DNA of 64,000 nt from Candidatus Moraniibacteriota bacterium. Lineage in GTDB: Bacteria; Patescibacteriota; Minisyncoccia; Moranbacterales; UBA9337. The position numbers and the translations under genes were made by a program. The stretch is from positions 97,163-161,162 of the forward strand of contig JALSQF010000010.1 in assembly GCA_026985555.1 (NCBI GenBank). The letters are read 5' to 3'. The stretch's first letter is position 1, and each line of letters opens with the position of its first letter. Below the pieces are notes generated by a model that saw nothing but the letters and a program-made list of their open reading frames with translations, had not been told where the DNA came from and did no database searches. This document shows positions 8,722 to 17,740 of this stretch, piece by piece.

Positions 8722-10245
8722 TTATTTTGTTTTTTTAACTGTTGCTTTTGTAAAATCAATTTCTACAGAATCTCCTGTTTTAAAAATTTTTGTAGCAAGT
8801 CTTGTACCTACAACACAAGGAATTTTAAATTCTCTACTAACTATTGCCGCGTGAGAAGTCATACCTCCCTCATCTGTAATGATCGCTAAAGCTCTTTTCA
8901 TTATAGAAATTAAACCAGGATGAGTTTGAACGGCAACTAATATATCGCCATCCTTAAATTTTTTTAGCTGCCTATCTGCGTCATATGAAGAACTTAATAC
9001 AAATACTTTACCGCTTATATTTTTTTTATCTTTCGGTAAAAAAGTAATAATACCTTTAACTGATTGCTTTTCTTCAATTTCTTTTTTTCTACTATTTAAT
9101 AAATCTTTTATTTCTTGTAACGCCTTTTTGCCGATTAATGTTTTTATGTTATTTTTACTAAATATTCTTAAATAAGCTTTTTGTCTCTCATTTAAAGTTT
9201 TTTTGTTTACTTTTTTACCATGTTTTATAAGTTGTAAAATCTCTTCAAATTCATAAGCATTTATATCTTCACTAGGTATTTGATAATATTTACTTAATGT
9301 TTCTACTATAATTTTAATATAATTCAGTAAACATAAAATGTAAGTATTCATATCAAATCTAAGAACTGATAAACGACCGGCAATATCGGCAAGTTGATAT
9401 TCAGAAATATTTTTATTTTTTTTAAGTATTTGTTTCCTTTTGTTTAAAACATTATCTGTAGATATAACTTTTTTATATTCTTTTTGTAATTTATTAGGAT
9501 CATTTAACAAAGAAATAGTTTTGTTAAATAAATAATCTAAATTTATTACCGCACCACCATAAAATCCCCAATTCAAAAATCCATATTTATCTATTTTGTT
9601 CTTAATTGCCCTAAACTTAGCTTGATTTTTCTTGTTATACTGATCTATTGTGCATTTTGCCTTTTTTATGTCATAAGCATAAAGAATAATATCTTTTTCA
9701 ATTTCAGCAGTAAGCGTTCTACTTTCTCCCATACTAGCGATAAAACTTAATTCGTTTTTGTTAGGAGACTGATTTAATTTTTTTTCTATTAAATTTAATC
9801 TTTGAGGTTGAGTTAGAAAATAATAACCATTTGCAAAAGTGCAAACCCTTTTGATATTCTTCAATAAACTAATTACTTTTGTTTTTTTAGTTAGTATAGC
9901 AACAAATTCTTTGCCATGAATTTCTTGAAAATATTTGTCTGAAATTTGTTTTGTTAAAAGAAATAATTCTTCAGCTTTTTTTTGAAAATTGTCAAAAAAT
10001 ACTTTATCTGAAAAATTTTTTAGACTAGTTTCAGCTTCTTTTTGAAGCGCACTTTTATCATATGCACCAAACCAAAAAGCATTTGGTTTGTTTTGTGTGT
10101 ATAAATACCATTTATCTGGTGCGTATCCTGAAATATTTTCTATTAATTTGTAGACTTTGTCGTTAATCCAGGCGCCTTTTTTATCAAAAAAATAAATAGG
10201 CGTAAATTGTGTTTGGTCATACATTATTTTAGGTAATTTTTTCAT
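8722..10245 (-). CDS. PEP-utilising-enzyme swivelling phospho-His domain fused to a large helical N-terminal domain
   Basis: C-terminal GDILVA..T.P..AIITDEGGMTSHAAIVSREFKIPCVVGT. Confidence 0.85.
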   Translation of the reverse strand: MKKLPKIMYDQTQFTPIYFFDKKGAWINDKVYKLIENISGYAPDKWYLYTQNKPNAFWFGAYDKSALQKEAETSLKNFSDKVFFDNFQKKAEELFLLTKQISDKYFQEIHGKEFVAILTKKTKVISLLKNIKRVCTFANGYYFLTQPQRLNLIEKKLNQSPNKNELSFIASMGESRTLTAEIEKDIILYAYDIKKAKCTIDQYNKKNQAKFRAIKNKIDKYGFLNWGFYGGAVINLDYLFNKTISLLNDPNKLQKEYKKVISTDNVLNKRKQILKKNKNISEYQLADIAGRLSVLRFDMNTYILCLLNYIKIIVETLSKYYQIPSEDINAYEFEEILQLIKHGKKVNKKTLNERQKAYLRIFSKNNIKTLIGKKALQEIKDLLNSRKKEIEEKQSVKGIITFLPKDKKNISGKVFVLSSSYDADRQLKKFKDGDILVAVQTHPGLISIMKRALAIITDEGGMTSHAAIVSREFKIPCVVGTRLATKIFKTGDSVEIDFTKATVKKTK

Positions 10246-10249
10246 AGTT

Positions 10250-11065
10250 TTATTGTTTTTTAATAATTAATTCTTTTCCTTTAAAAAATAATTTTATTGT
10301 CTGTTTTCCATTTTCATCAGATCTTATTTCTATTTTTGGACCTTCTAATGGCTTAATAAGTCCTCCAATCATCTTTAAATTAACTTCTTCCGGTTGTAAT
10401 TCTGGATGATTCTTGAGATAAATAAGTTTATTAAAATATTCTATAACTCCGCTATGACCAATTAAAACAATTTTTACCCGACTATTTGATTTTAAACGAG
10501 ATGCTAACTTACTAAAATGATCAATTAATTTTTCTATTTCTTGACCAAAATCCTTGCCTTTTAAGTGAGAATCTGGCCATTTTTTATCAAAAAATTGTTC
10601 AATTAAAAGACTATTACCAACTTGTTCAAGATCTATAGTTTCAGGTTCGTAAGCAATTTGCTTTTTTTCCTTTGTAATTTTATCAAGATCATCCTGCGTT
10701 AAAATATTTCTTTTTTTTAATTCTTCAATTAACGCCTTTTTAGCTTGAGGAGAAAATTCAGACCATCTTCCTAATAATTCTTCTTTAGTTCTAATAGATG
10801 ATTTTATTCTTTTTTCTTTTAAAAAATTTTGAATATCTTTCCTTAATTGTTGTGGACGTTTATGTGGACTTAAATAAAATTTTACTAAATCAAAAGAATC
10901 ATCGTATTCATTTTCTAATTTTTCTAAAAATTGTTGCTTTCCTTTGTTGGTAATATTACCTGTTTCATAATCTTTATCAGGATGGCGTATTAATTCTATT
11001 TCCATTGCAACATTAGCTCCATATTCTAATCTTTCTTTTTGTTCAAATCTTTTTAAAAATTCCAT
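10250..11065 (-). CDS. Histidine phosphatase superfamily protein
   Basis: LIRH, SPHKRPQQ, VLIGHSGVI. Confidence 0.7.
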   Translation of the reverse strand: MEFLKRFEQKERLEYGANVAMEIELIRHPDKDYETGNITNKGKQQFLEKLENEYDDSFDLVKFYLSPHKRPQQLRKDIQNFLKEKRIKSSIRTKEELLGRWSEFSPQAKKALIEELKKRNILTQDDLDKITKEKKQIAYEPETIDLEQVGNSLLIEQFFDKKWPDSHLKGKDFGQEIEKLIDHFSKLASRLKSNSRVKIVLIGHSGVIEYFNKLIYLKNHPELQPEEVNLKMIGGLIKPLEGPKIEIRSDENGKQTIKLFFKGKELIIKKQ

Positions 11066-11314
11066 GTCCTTAGATTAAAGTTTTTCAATATAAAAATATT
11101 GATATCTACCTATATTGTATTTAATTAAATATAATTGTCAATCCTTTAGATAAAATGATTTTTTTGTAAAAACCTCCTAAACTTTCAACTTACTTTTTTC
11201 TGAAAATTGAGCTTAAAAAATTTTATTCTTAAATAATTTTTTGGCTTACTATTTGTTTTTGAGCTTAAAAATGTTTTTTTTAAATTTCTTTATAAAAATA
11301 AAATTTATAAAAAT

Positions 11315-11354
11315 AAAAAATGGTCGTCTATCTTTTTAATTAACGACCATTTTT
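11315..11354 (-). terminator. Intrinsic terminator after the nrdR-nrdD operon
   Basis: AAAAATGGTCGT/ACGACCATTTTT inverted repeat. Confidence 0.7.
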
Positions 11355-11369
11355 ATGTTTTTTCTATAT

Positions 11370-11654
11370 TTAGCAAGTTCCTGTAGAACAAGAGGGAGTT
11401 TCTACTACAAAAGTTTGTCTATCTTTCCATTCTTCTGCTTTACCTTTGTTCCAACGTCTTACTGGAGTATGAAAACCAACTACGCGAGAATAAACATCGC
11501 AAGGTTGATAATTTTCTAAAACAGGATTAGCTTTATAACAACTTTTGCATTTTATAGCATCCTCTCCTTCAACAGCGCTAGTATAGCGCACGTATTTTTC
11601 CCCTTTTTTAATTGTCTTACCACAATCATGGCAAACTAATTTTTGTGTTTTCAT
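11370..11654 (-). CDS. nrdD: Class III ribonucleotide reductase glycyl-radical domain, encoded separately
   Basis: CxxC...CxxC followed by CDVYSRVVGFHTPVRRWNKGKAEEWKDR. Confidence 0.85.
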   Translation of the reverse strand: MKTQKLVCHDCGKTIKKGEKYVRYTSAVEGEDAIKCKSCYKANPVLENYQPCDVYSRVVGFHTPVRRWNKGKAEEWKDRQTFVVETPSCSTGTC

Positions 11655-11786
11655 ATTTTATTTTTCAGTTATATAATTCTTATTTGTTTTTTTATTAATT
11701 TTAATTTACTTAAGAATTATACAACTTAATTTTAATTACTTATTACTTATTATATATAAACATCCTAAAAGGATGATAATTTGTTT

Positions 11787-13841
11787 TTAAGCCACTTCAA
11801 ACTTTACTTTTTGTTGAGATAATTCTAGTTTACACTTAGGACAGGTATGATGTTCCCCTTTAATATAACCATGCTTGGGACAAATACTGAATGTGGGTGT
11901 AAAGGTAAAATAAGGTAAAGCATAGTTAGTTGCAATAGTTCTCACTAAATTTTTTACTACTTCTATATCATTTATTTTTTCTCCTAAAAATCCATGCAAG
12001 ACTGTTCCTCCTGTGTATTTTGTCTGCAAGTCATCTTGTAGATCTAGAGCTTCAAAAATATCAGAAGTAAAACCAACAGGCAACTGTGAAGAATTAGTAT
12101 AGTAAGGTTCAGCATTTTCTTCTTTCACTGCTTGATCATTAGCAAAAATAATATCTGGAAAACGTTCTTTGTCTAATTTAGCTAAACGATAAGTAGTTCC
12201 TTCCGCAGGAGTAGCTTCTAAATTATAGAGATGTTCTGTTTCTTTTTGATAAGTTAAAAGTTTCTTTCTCATATGTTTGAGAACACGTTGCGCAAAACGA
12301 TTTCCTTCATAAGTAGTGATATCTTTACCTAACAAATTAAGTAGACCTTCGTTTAAACCTACTAAACCAATGGTAGAAAAATGATTAGCCCAATAGCTAC
12401 CTTGTTTTCTTTTTATATCTCCTAAATAATGTTTAGAATAAGGATAAAGTCCTGTTTCGGTTAGCTTTTCAATAAAAACTCTTTTTAATTCTAAGCTTTC
12501 TTTAGCCACTTCCATTAAATAGTCAACCCTTTGAAGAAACTCTTCTCTATTTTTTGATAAATAACCTATGCGTGGCATATTTAAAGTAACTACGCCAATG
12601 GAACCAGTCATAGGATTAGCGCCAAATAATCCTCCTCCTCGCTTCCTTAATTCTCTATTATCTAAACGTAAACGACAACACATACTACGCGCATCATCAG
12701 GACTCATATCAGAATTAACAAAATTAGCAAAATAAGGCATTCCATATTTAGCTGTCATTTCCCAAATAGGATTTAAAGCAGGATCGTCCCAATTAAAATC
12801 TTTGGTAATGTTATAGGTGGGAATAGGAAAAGTGAAAACTCTTTTTTGTGCATCTCCTTCTGACATAACTTCTGCAAAAGCCTTATTAATCATATTCATT
12901 TCCTTTTGATATTCACTATAAGTATGAGGCTGGGGCATTCCTCCTATAATAACAGCTTCGTCTTTTAAAGTAGAGGGAACTTGTAAATCTAAAGTAATAT
13001 TAGAAAATGGCGTTTGGAAACCTACTCTAGTAGGAACATTCATATTAAATACAAATTCTTGAAGAGCTTGTTTTACTTCTTTATATTTTAATTTATCAAA
13101 ATGAACAAAAGGAGCTAGTAAAGTATCAAAATTAGAAAAAGCTTGTGCTCCATTAGCTTCTCCTTGAAGAGTATATATAAAATTTACCATTTGTCCTAAA
13201 GCACTTCGGAAATGTTTAGGAGGAGCAGAATGAACCTTGCCTGGAACGCCGCCAAATCCTTTCAAAAGTAAATCTTTAAGATCCCAACCGCAACAATAAG
13301 CAGCTACCATTTGTAAATCATGCACATGGAGATCTCCTTCTTCGTGCGCTTTTCTAATACGTTCTGTGTAAACTCTATTCATCCAATATTTAGCGCTAAC
13401 AATAGAAGAAATAAAATTATTTAATCCTTGTAAACTATATCCCATATTAGAATTTTCTTTTGTTCTCCAATCCGCTTCCCCAATATATTTATCAACTAAA
13501 TCAATAGCATCTTTTAAAGCATCTTCTGTTTCTCTTACTTTACGATGTTGATCACGATAAAGAATATACGCTTTAGCTGTTTCTTCAAAATCTAAAACCA
13601 TTAAAACACGTTCTACTATGTCTTGAATCTCTTCTATTTCTGGTATATAACCTTGACGATGATTTTTGTTAAGTAATTGAATTACTTTACGAGTTACTTT
13701 AATAGCTTCTTTTTCTCCTCCTTCTTTAGTTTCTTGAAGTGCTTTTTGAACCGCTTTAATAATTTTTTCTTTTTTAAAAGCGACTATTCTTCCACTTCTT
13801 TTGATAACTTTTTTTACTTTGTTTTTTATTGGTCTTGGCAT
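11787..13841 (-). CDS. nrdD: Anaerobic (class III) ribonucleoside-triphosphate reductase large subunit with ATP cone, lacking the Gly-radical tail
   Basis: VIKRSG ATP cone, HVHDL, YCCGW, SMCCRL, EATPAEG, YYTNS, CPKHG..CPKC. Confidence 0.92.
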   Translation of the reverse strand: MPRPIKNKVKKVIKRSGRIVAFKKEKIIKAVQKALQETKEGGEKEAIKVTRKVIQLLNKNHRQGYIPEIEEIQDIVERVLMVLDFEETAKAYILYRDQHRKVRETEDALKDAIDLVDKYIGEADWRTKENSNMGYSLQGLNNFISSIVSAKYWMNRVYTERIRKAHEEGDLHVHDLQMVAAYCCGWDLKDLLLKGFGGVPGKVHSAPPKHFRSALGQMVNFIYTLQGEANGAQAFSNFDTLLAPFVHFDKLKYKEVKQALQEFVFNMNVPTRVGFQTPFSNITLDLQVPSTLKDEAVIIGGMPQPHTYSEYQKEMNMINKAFAEVMSEGDAQKRVFTFPIPTYNITKDFNWDDPALNPIWEMTAKYGMPYFANFVNSDMSPDDARSMCCRLRLDNRELRKRGGGLFGANPMTGSIGVVTLNMPRIGYLSKNREEFLQRVDYLMEVAKESLELKRVFIEKLTETGLYPYSKHYLGDIKRKQGSYWANHFSTIGLVGLNEGLLNLLGKDITTYEGNRFAQRVLKHMRKKLLTYQKETEHLYNLEATPAEGTTYRLAKLDKERFPDIIFANDQAVKEENAEPYYTNSSQLPVGFTSDIFEALDLQDDLQTKYTGGTVLHGFLGEKINDIEVVKNLVRTIATNYALPYFTFTPTFSICPKHGYIKGEHHTCPKCKLELSQQKVKFEVA

Positions 13842-13915
13842 ATTTTTGTTTTCCCCTTCTTAATTTTATTATTATTTATTTTTTATTTAATTAAAATCAT
13901 GAAATAAATTATTTT

Positions 13916-14374
13916 TTATCCATTTTTCTTTTCCATCTTTTCAAGTTCTTTACGAAAAGCTTTTATGCTACCAAAGGATTTATAAACACTGGCAAAACGA
14001 ACATAAGCAACTTCATCAATTTGACGTAATTTTTTTAAAATAATCCTTCCTATTTCTCTGGTTGATAATTCTGTTTTTCCTAAAGAACAAATTTCATATT
14101 CAATTTCTCTTAATAATTTTTCTCGTTTTTCTGCATTAACGGGTCGTTTTTCTAGGGCTCTAGCTATTCCTTTTTTAATTTTTTCCTTTTGAAACTCTTC
14201 TCTGCTTCCATCTTTTTTGATAACTGTTAGTTTCATAATTTCTGGTTCCTCATAAGTGCTAAATCTTTTTTGACATTTTTCACATTCTCTTCTGCGACGA
14301 ATAGCTTTACCATCATTAGTATCTCTTGAATCAATTACTTTTGTTTCTAAATGACCGCAATAGGGACAAATCAT
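13916..14374 (-). CDS. nrdR: Transcriptional repressor NrdR
   Basis: CPYC..VIDSR..IRRRRECEKC, ATP cone, VAYVRFASVY. Confidence 0.95.
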   Translation of the reverse strand: MICPYCGHLETKVIDSRDTNDGKAIRRRRECEKCQKRFSTYEEPEIMKLTVIKKDGSREEFQKEKIKKGIARALEKRPVNAEKREKLLREIEYEICSLGKTELSTREIGRIILKKLRQIDEVAYVRFASVYKSFGSIKAFRKELEKMEKKNG

Positions 14375-14405
14375 AAACAAATATTTTAATAGTTAAGTTA
14401 CTTTT

Positions 14406-14421
14406 CTACTATATATTGTAT
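14406..14421 (-). promoter_or_regulatory. NrdR box
   Basis: ATACAATATATAGTAG matches the core of acaCwAtATaTwGtg and lies between the promoter and nrdR. Confidence 0.75.
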
Positions 14422-14432
14422 AATACAATAGT

Positions 14433-14460
14433 ATTCTATCACAATAAAAAAACCTGTCAA
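14433..14460 (-). promoter_or_regulatory. Sigma70 promoter of nrdR-nrdD
   Basis: TTGACA-N16-TAGAAT with a TG extension. Confidence 0.65.
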
Positions 14461-14503
14461 TACCCTTACGCTAACGCTTATTTACTAGCTATTTCTGTTT
14501 TTT

Positions 14504-14544
14504 AAAAAATAGGTTTACTTAAATAAAAAGTAAACCTATTTTTT
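14504..14544 (-). terminator. Terminator after the tRNA-Ile/tRNA-Ala pair
   Basis: AAAAAATAGGTTTACTT/AAGTAAACCTATTTTTT inverted repeat. Confidence 0.75.
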
Positions 14545-14548
14545 GATG

Positions 14549-14621
14549 TGGACCGGACAGGACTTGAACCCGCCACCTCCTCGGTGCAAACGAGGTGCTC
14601 TACCAGATGAGCTACCGGCCC
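14549..14621 (-). tRNA. tRNA-Ala(TGC)
   Basis: GGGCCGGTAGCTCATCTGGTAGAGCACCTCGTTTGCACCGAGG...GTTCAAGT cloverleaf with G3:U70 pair. Confidence 0.95.
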
Positions 14622-14645
14622 GTTTAATTAAAATTTTCTATCTAG

Positions 14646-14719
14646 TGGGCATACCAGGATTTGAACCTGGGACCTCAACATTATCAGTGTTGCGCTCTAA
14701 CCAACTGAGCTATATGCCC
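14646..14719 (-). tRNA. tRNA-Ile(GAT)
   Basis: GGGCATATAGCTCAGTTGGTTAGAGCGCAACACTGATAATGTTG...GTTCAAAT cloverleaf. Confidence 0.95.
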
Positions 14720-14778
14720 TCATTTAAAAACATTAAAAATACTTACTCAGATAATATATAATAAATAAAAAATATTGT

Positions 14779-16827
14779 CTAGTCTTTTAATAAAAATTTT
14801 ACATCTACTGCTACAGCTTTTTGATTGTTGTTATAAATTAACAAGGGGTTAATATCCATTTGTTCTATTTCCTCTTCTAGTTCTAAAGCTAATATAGAAA
14901 AATTTTCTATTATTTGGGCTAATTCATTTATGTCATACGGTTTTCTTCCCCTGGTCTTTTTAAACAGAAATTTTAAACTTCCTGTTTTTAGTTTTTTCTT
15001 AATAAATTGTTTACTCACTGGAGAAATAAAAAATTCTACTTGTTTTAAAATTTCCGTGTAAATACCTCCTAATCCTACTATCACTATGTTACCAAAACTG
15101 GCATCTCTCTTTATTCCTAAAATAATTTCTTCTTGAATTTTTCTTTGATGCTGAATAATAATTTTTTCTTGAGGAAATTTATTTTTTAATTTATTAAAAG
15201 TTCTTTTTAATTCCAGAAAATTATTAACATTAAGGATTACTCCTTTTTTATCAGTTTTATGTAAAATATAAGGACTGTCAACCTTAACAACGACTGGAAA
15301 TTTTTTAACCGCTTCTATGTTTTCATAGAAATTAGCTACCTTTATACCATAACTATTTAAGATGCGTTTTCCTTCTTCATAATAAAGCGCTTTACGTTTC
15401 TCTCTTTTTGCGTTGCCTAAAATTATTTTATTTTTTTCTTGTCTATAATAATTGATTAATTTTTCTCTTTCACTTATATTATTTCTAGATTTTCTTTTTG
15501 TGTAATAATCAACTATTTTTACCGCTATATCAGGATAAGTAAAATTAAGTATTTTTTCTTTATGAAATAATTTACGCGCTTCAATTAATTTTTCCTTTCC
15601 TATAAATATAGGTATTATTGGTACTTCATATTCTTTGTTGAAGTCAATTATTAATTGGGCAATTTCTAAAACAGGAGTTTGATCTTGAGGAGTAAGTACG
15701 GCCAAAATAGCTCCCGGTTTCTCTTTAATTAAAATTTCTAAAGATTGTTTATAACGCTCCGTAGATGCATCACCCAGTAAATCAATAGGGTTTTCTAGAG
15801 ATGATTCTTGGGGTAAAAATTTTTTTAATTTAAGTTTGGTTTCTGAGGAAATTTCCGCTAATTCTATATGTTTTCCTAAAAAAGCATCAGCTGTTAAAAC
15901 ACCTGGCCCTCCTGCATTAGTAACAATTATTATTTTATTATCATTGATTTTGTTTTTTAAATTTACAGCGCTTAAAATTTTTATAAATTCTTCTATTGTT
16001 TTTGCTCTCCAAATACCTTCTTGTTGAAAAGCTGCATTTACAATATCATCACTTCCTGCCAAAGCTCCTGTATGTAAAGAAATGGCTTTTTGTGCTTTCT
16101 CGCTACGTCCGCTTTTTAAAATAACTATGGGTTTGTTTTTTATAATTTTTTGCGCTAAATTCAAAAAACTTTTTCCTTTCTTAATTCCTTCTAGATAAAA
16201 AGCAATTATTTCAGTGTCCTCATCTTTATTTAAATATTCTAATAAATTGATTTCATTTAGTTGCAATTTATTGCCGATGGAAATAATTTTAGAAAAACCT
16301 AAATTTTCTGATTGAGCCATATCCATAATGGCTACCATTAAAGCTCCTGATTGCGATATTAAAGCAATTTTTCCTTCGGGAGGCATTCCTCCCGCAAAAG
16401 ATGCATTTAATTTTATTTTTGGATTAACAAATCCTAAACAATTAGGTCCTAGAATGTTTAAATTATTTTTTTGAATTATTTTTTTTAGTTGTTTAGCACG
16501 TTCCTTTCCCTCAGAGCCAATTTCTGAAAATCCAGCCGAAATTATAATAAAGTTCTTAACTTTTTTTCTTGCAGATTTAATTACTTCTACTACAAACCTA
16601 GCTGGAATTACAATAATAGCTAAATCTATTTCATCTTCAATATCTTCTAATTTTTTGAAACACTTTTTTTCTAATATTTTTTCATGTTTAGGATTAACTA
16701 AAAAAACTTTTTTTTTATAGCCTAAATCTAAAAGATTTTTAGTTATCACATATCCTATTTTTCCTTCTTTTTCACTAGCTCCCACTATCGCTACTGATTG
16801 AGGATTAAAAAAATTTTTTAAAGACAT
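14779..16827 (-). CDS. Acetate-CoA ligase (ADP-forming) family, fused alpha/beta
   Basis: FNPQSVAIVGAS, LGPNCLG, SQSGA, HTGALAG, TNAGGPG, NPIDLLGD, HKTD, DINPL; ATG at 16827 preferred. Confidence 0.9.
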   Translation of the reverse strand: MSLKNFFNPQSVAIVGASEKEGKIGYVITKNLLDLGYKKKVFLVNPKHEKILEKKCFKKLEDIEDEIDLAIIVIPARFVVEVIKSARKKVKNFIIISAGFSEIGSEGKERAKQLKKIIQKNNLNILGPNCLGFVNPKIKLNASFAGGMPPEGKIALISQSGALMVAIMDMAQSENLGFSKIISIGNKLQLNEINLLEYLNKDEDTEIIAFYLEGIKKGKSFLNLAQKIIKNKPIVILKSGRSEKAQKAISLHTGALAGSDDIVNAAFQQEGIWRAKTIEEFIKILSAVNLKNKINDNKIIIVTNAGGPGVLTADAFLGKHIELAEISSETKLKLKKFLPQESSLENPIDLLGDASTERYKQSLEILIKEKPGAILAVLTPQDQTPVLEIAQLIIDFNKEYEVPIIPIFIGKEKLIEARKLFHKEKILNFTYPDIAVKIVDYYTKRKSRNNISEREKLINYYRQEKNKIILGNAKREKRKALYYEEGKRILNSYGIKVANFYENIEAVKKFPVVVKVDSPYILHKTDKKGVILNVNNFLELKRTFNKLKNKFPQEKIIIQHQRKIQEEIILGIKRDASFGNIVIVGLGGIYTEILKQVEFFISPVSKQFIKKKLKTGSLKFLFKKTRGRKPYDINELAQIIENFSILALELEEEIEQMDINPLLIYNNNQKAVAVDVKFLLKD

Positions 16828-17155
16828 ATTTGATTTATTATCACAAAACAAAAATAATTTTTGACTTGTGATATTTTTTATTTTTGTTTAAAATTTAATA
16901 TTGAAATTTTTTAAGTCTAGGATATATATTTTTTACATCTTTTATTCTAACAAAAAATAATAAACTTATCAATTGATTTATAAAATAAATATTTTGTAAG
17001 CATTTCTGCTAAACTTTTAACCTAATTTTCTTTAAATTAATTTTTTAGAAATTCTAAAATTAACCTAAGAATTTTCTTTCCTAAATATTTTTTAGTCTGT
17101 TATTTATTTTTTAAAAGTATTTCTATTATGTTTTTTTATTCATTAAAAAATTAAA

Positions 17156-17641
17156 CTATCCTTTATCTTTTAATCTATAACTAGCTATTCCTAAGGCTAC
17201 TGCCACATTTAAGCTTTTCTTTTTTCCATACATAGGTATTTCTATAATATTATCACATTTTTTTAATATACGCTTATCTATTCCTCGCGGTTCATTACCA
17301 ACAATAAGAGTTACTTTATTTTTTAAAGAAATTTTTCTGTAGTCTATAGATTTTTTATCTTGTTCTAAAGCTATAATTTGAAAATTTTCTTTTTTTAATT
17401 TTTGAATTAATAAAGAAACATTTTGATATTTTTCCCATTCTACATATTTATCAGCTTGTAAGGCTGTTTTAGCCAACATTTTTTCTGCTTTGGTTTGCAA
17501 TACATAAGGCTTTAAAGATGGAGTAGGAGTAAATCCAGTTAAATAAATTTTATCTATTCCCACCCCATCAGCCGTTCTAAACATAGAACCAACATTATAA
17601 GCGCTTCTAATACGATGTAAAATTAAATAAAATTTTTGCAT
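17156..17641 (-). CDS. SpoU/TrmH family RNA methyltransferase
   Basis: IRSAYNVGSMFRTAD, VGNE, IPMYGKKKSLNVAVA. Confidence 0.9.
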   Translation of the reverse strand: MQKFYLILHRIRSAYNVGSMFRTADGVGIDKIYLTGFTPTPSLKPYVLQTKAEKMLAKTALQADKYVEWEKYQNVSLLIQKLKKENFQIIALEQDKKSIDYRKISLKNKVTLIVGNEPRGIDKRILKKCDNIIEIPMYGKKKSLNVAVALGIASYRLKDKG

Positions 17642-17653
17642 AAAGTTATTAGG

Positions 17654-17688
17654 TTGTAAAAATCAAAATTTTATTTTGATTTTTACAA
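17654..17688. repeat. Perfect 16-bp inverted repeat with 3-nt loop
   Basis: TTGTAAAAATCAAAAT-ttt-ATTTTGATTTTTACAA. Confidence 0.85.
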
Positions 17689-17740
17689 AAATAATTAATC
17701 TTGTGAAAATAAAGGATTATAAAATATTAATTTATATACA

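Noticed and set aside
14543-14761. 72-aa plus-strand ORF
   Set aside because: It is the antisense translation of tRNA-Ala and tRNA-Ile.
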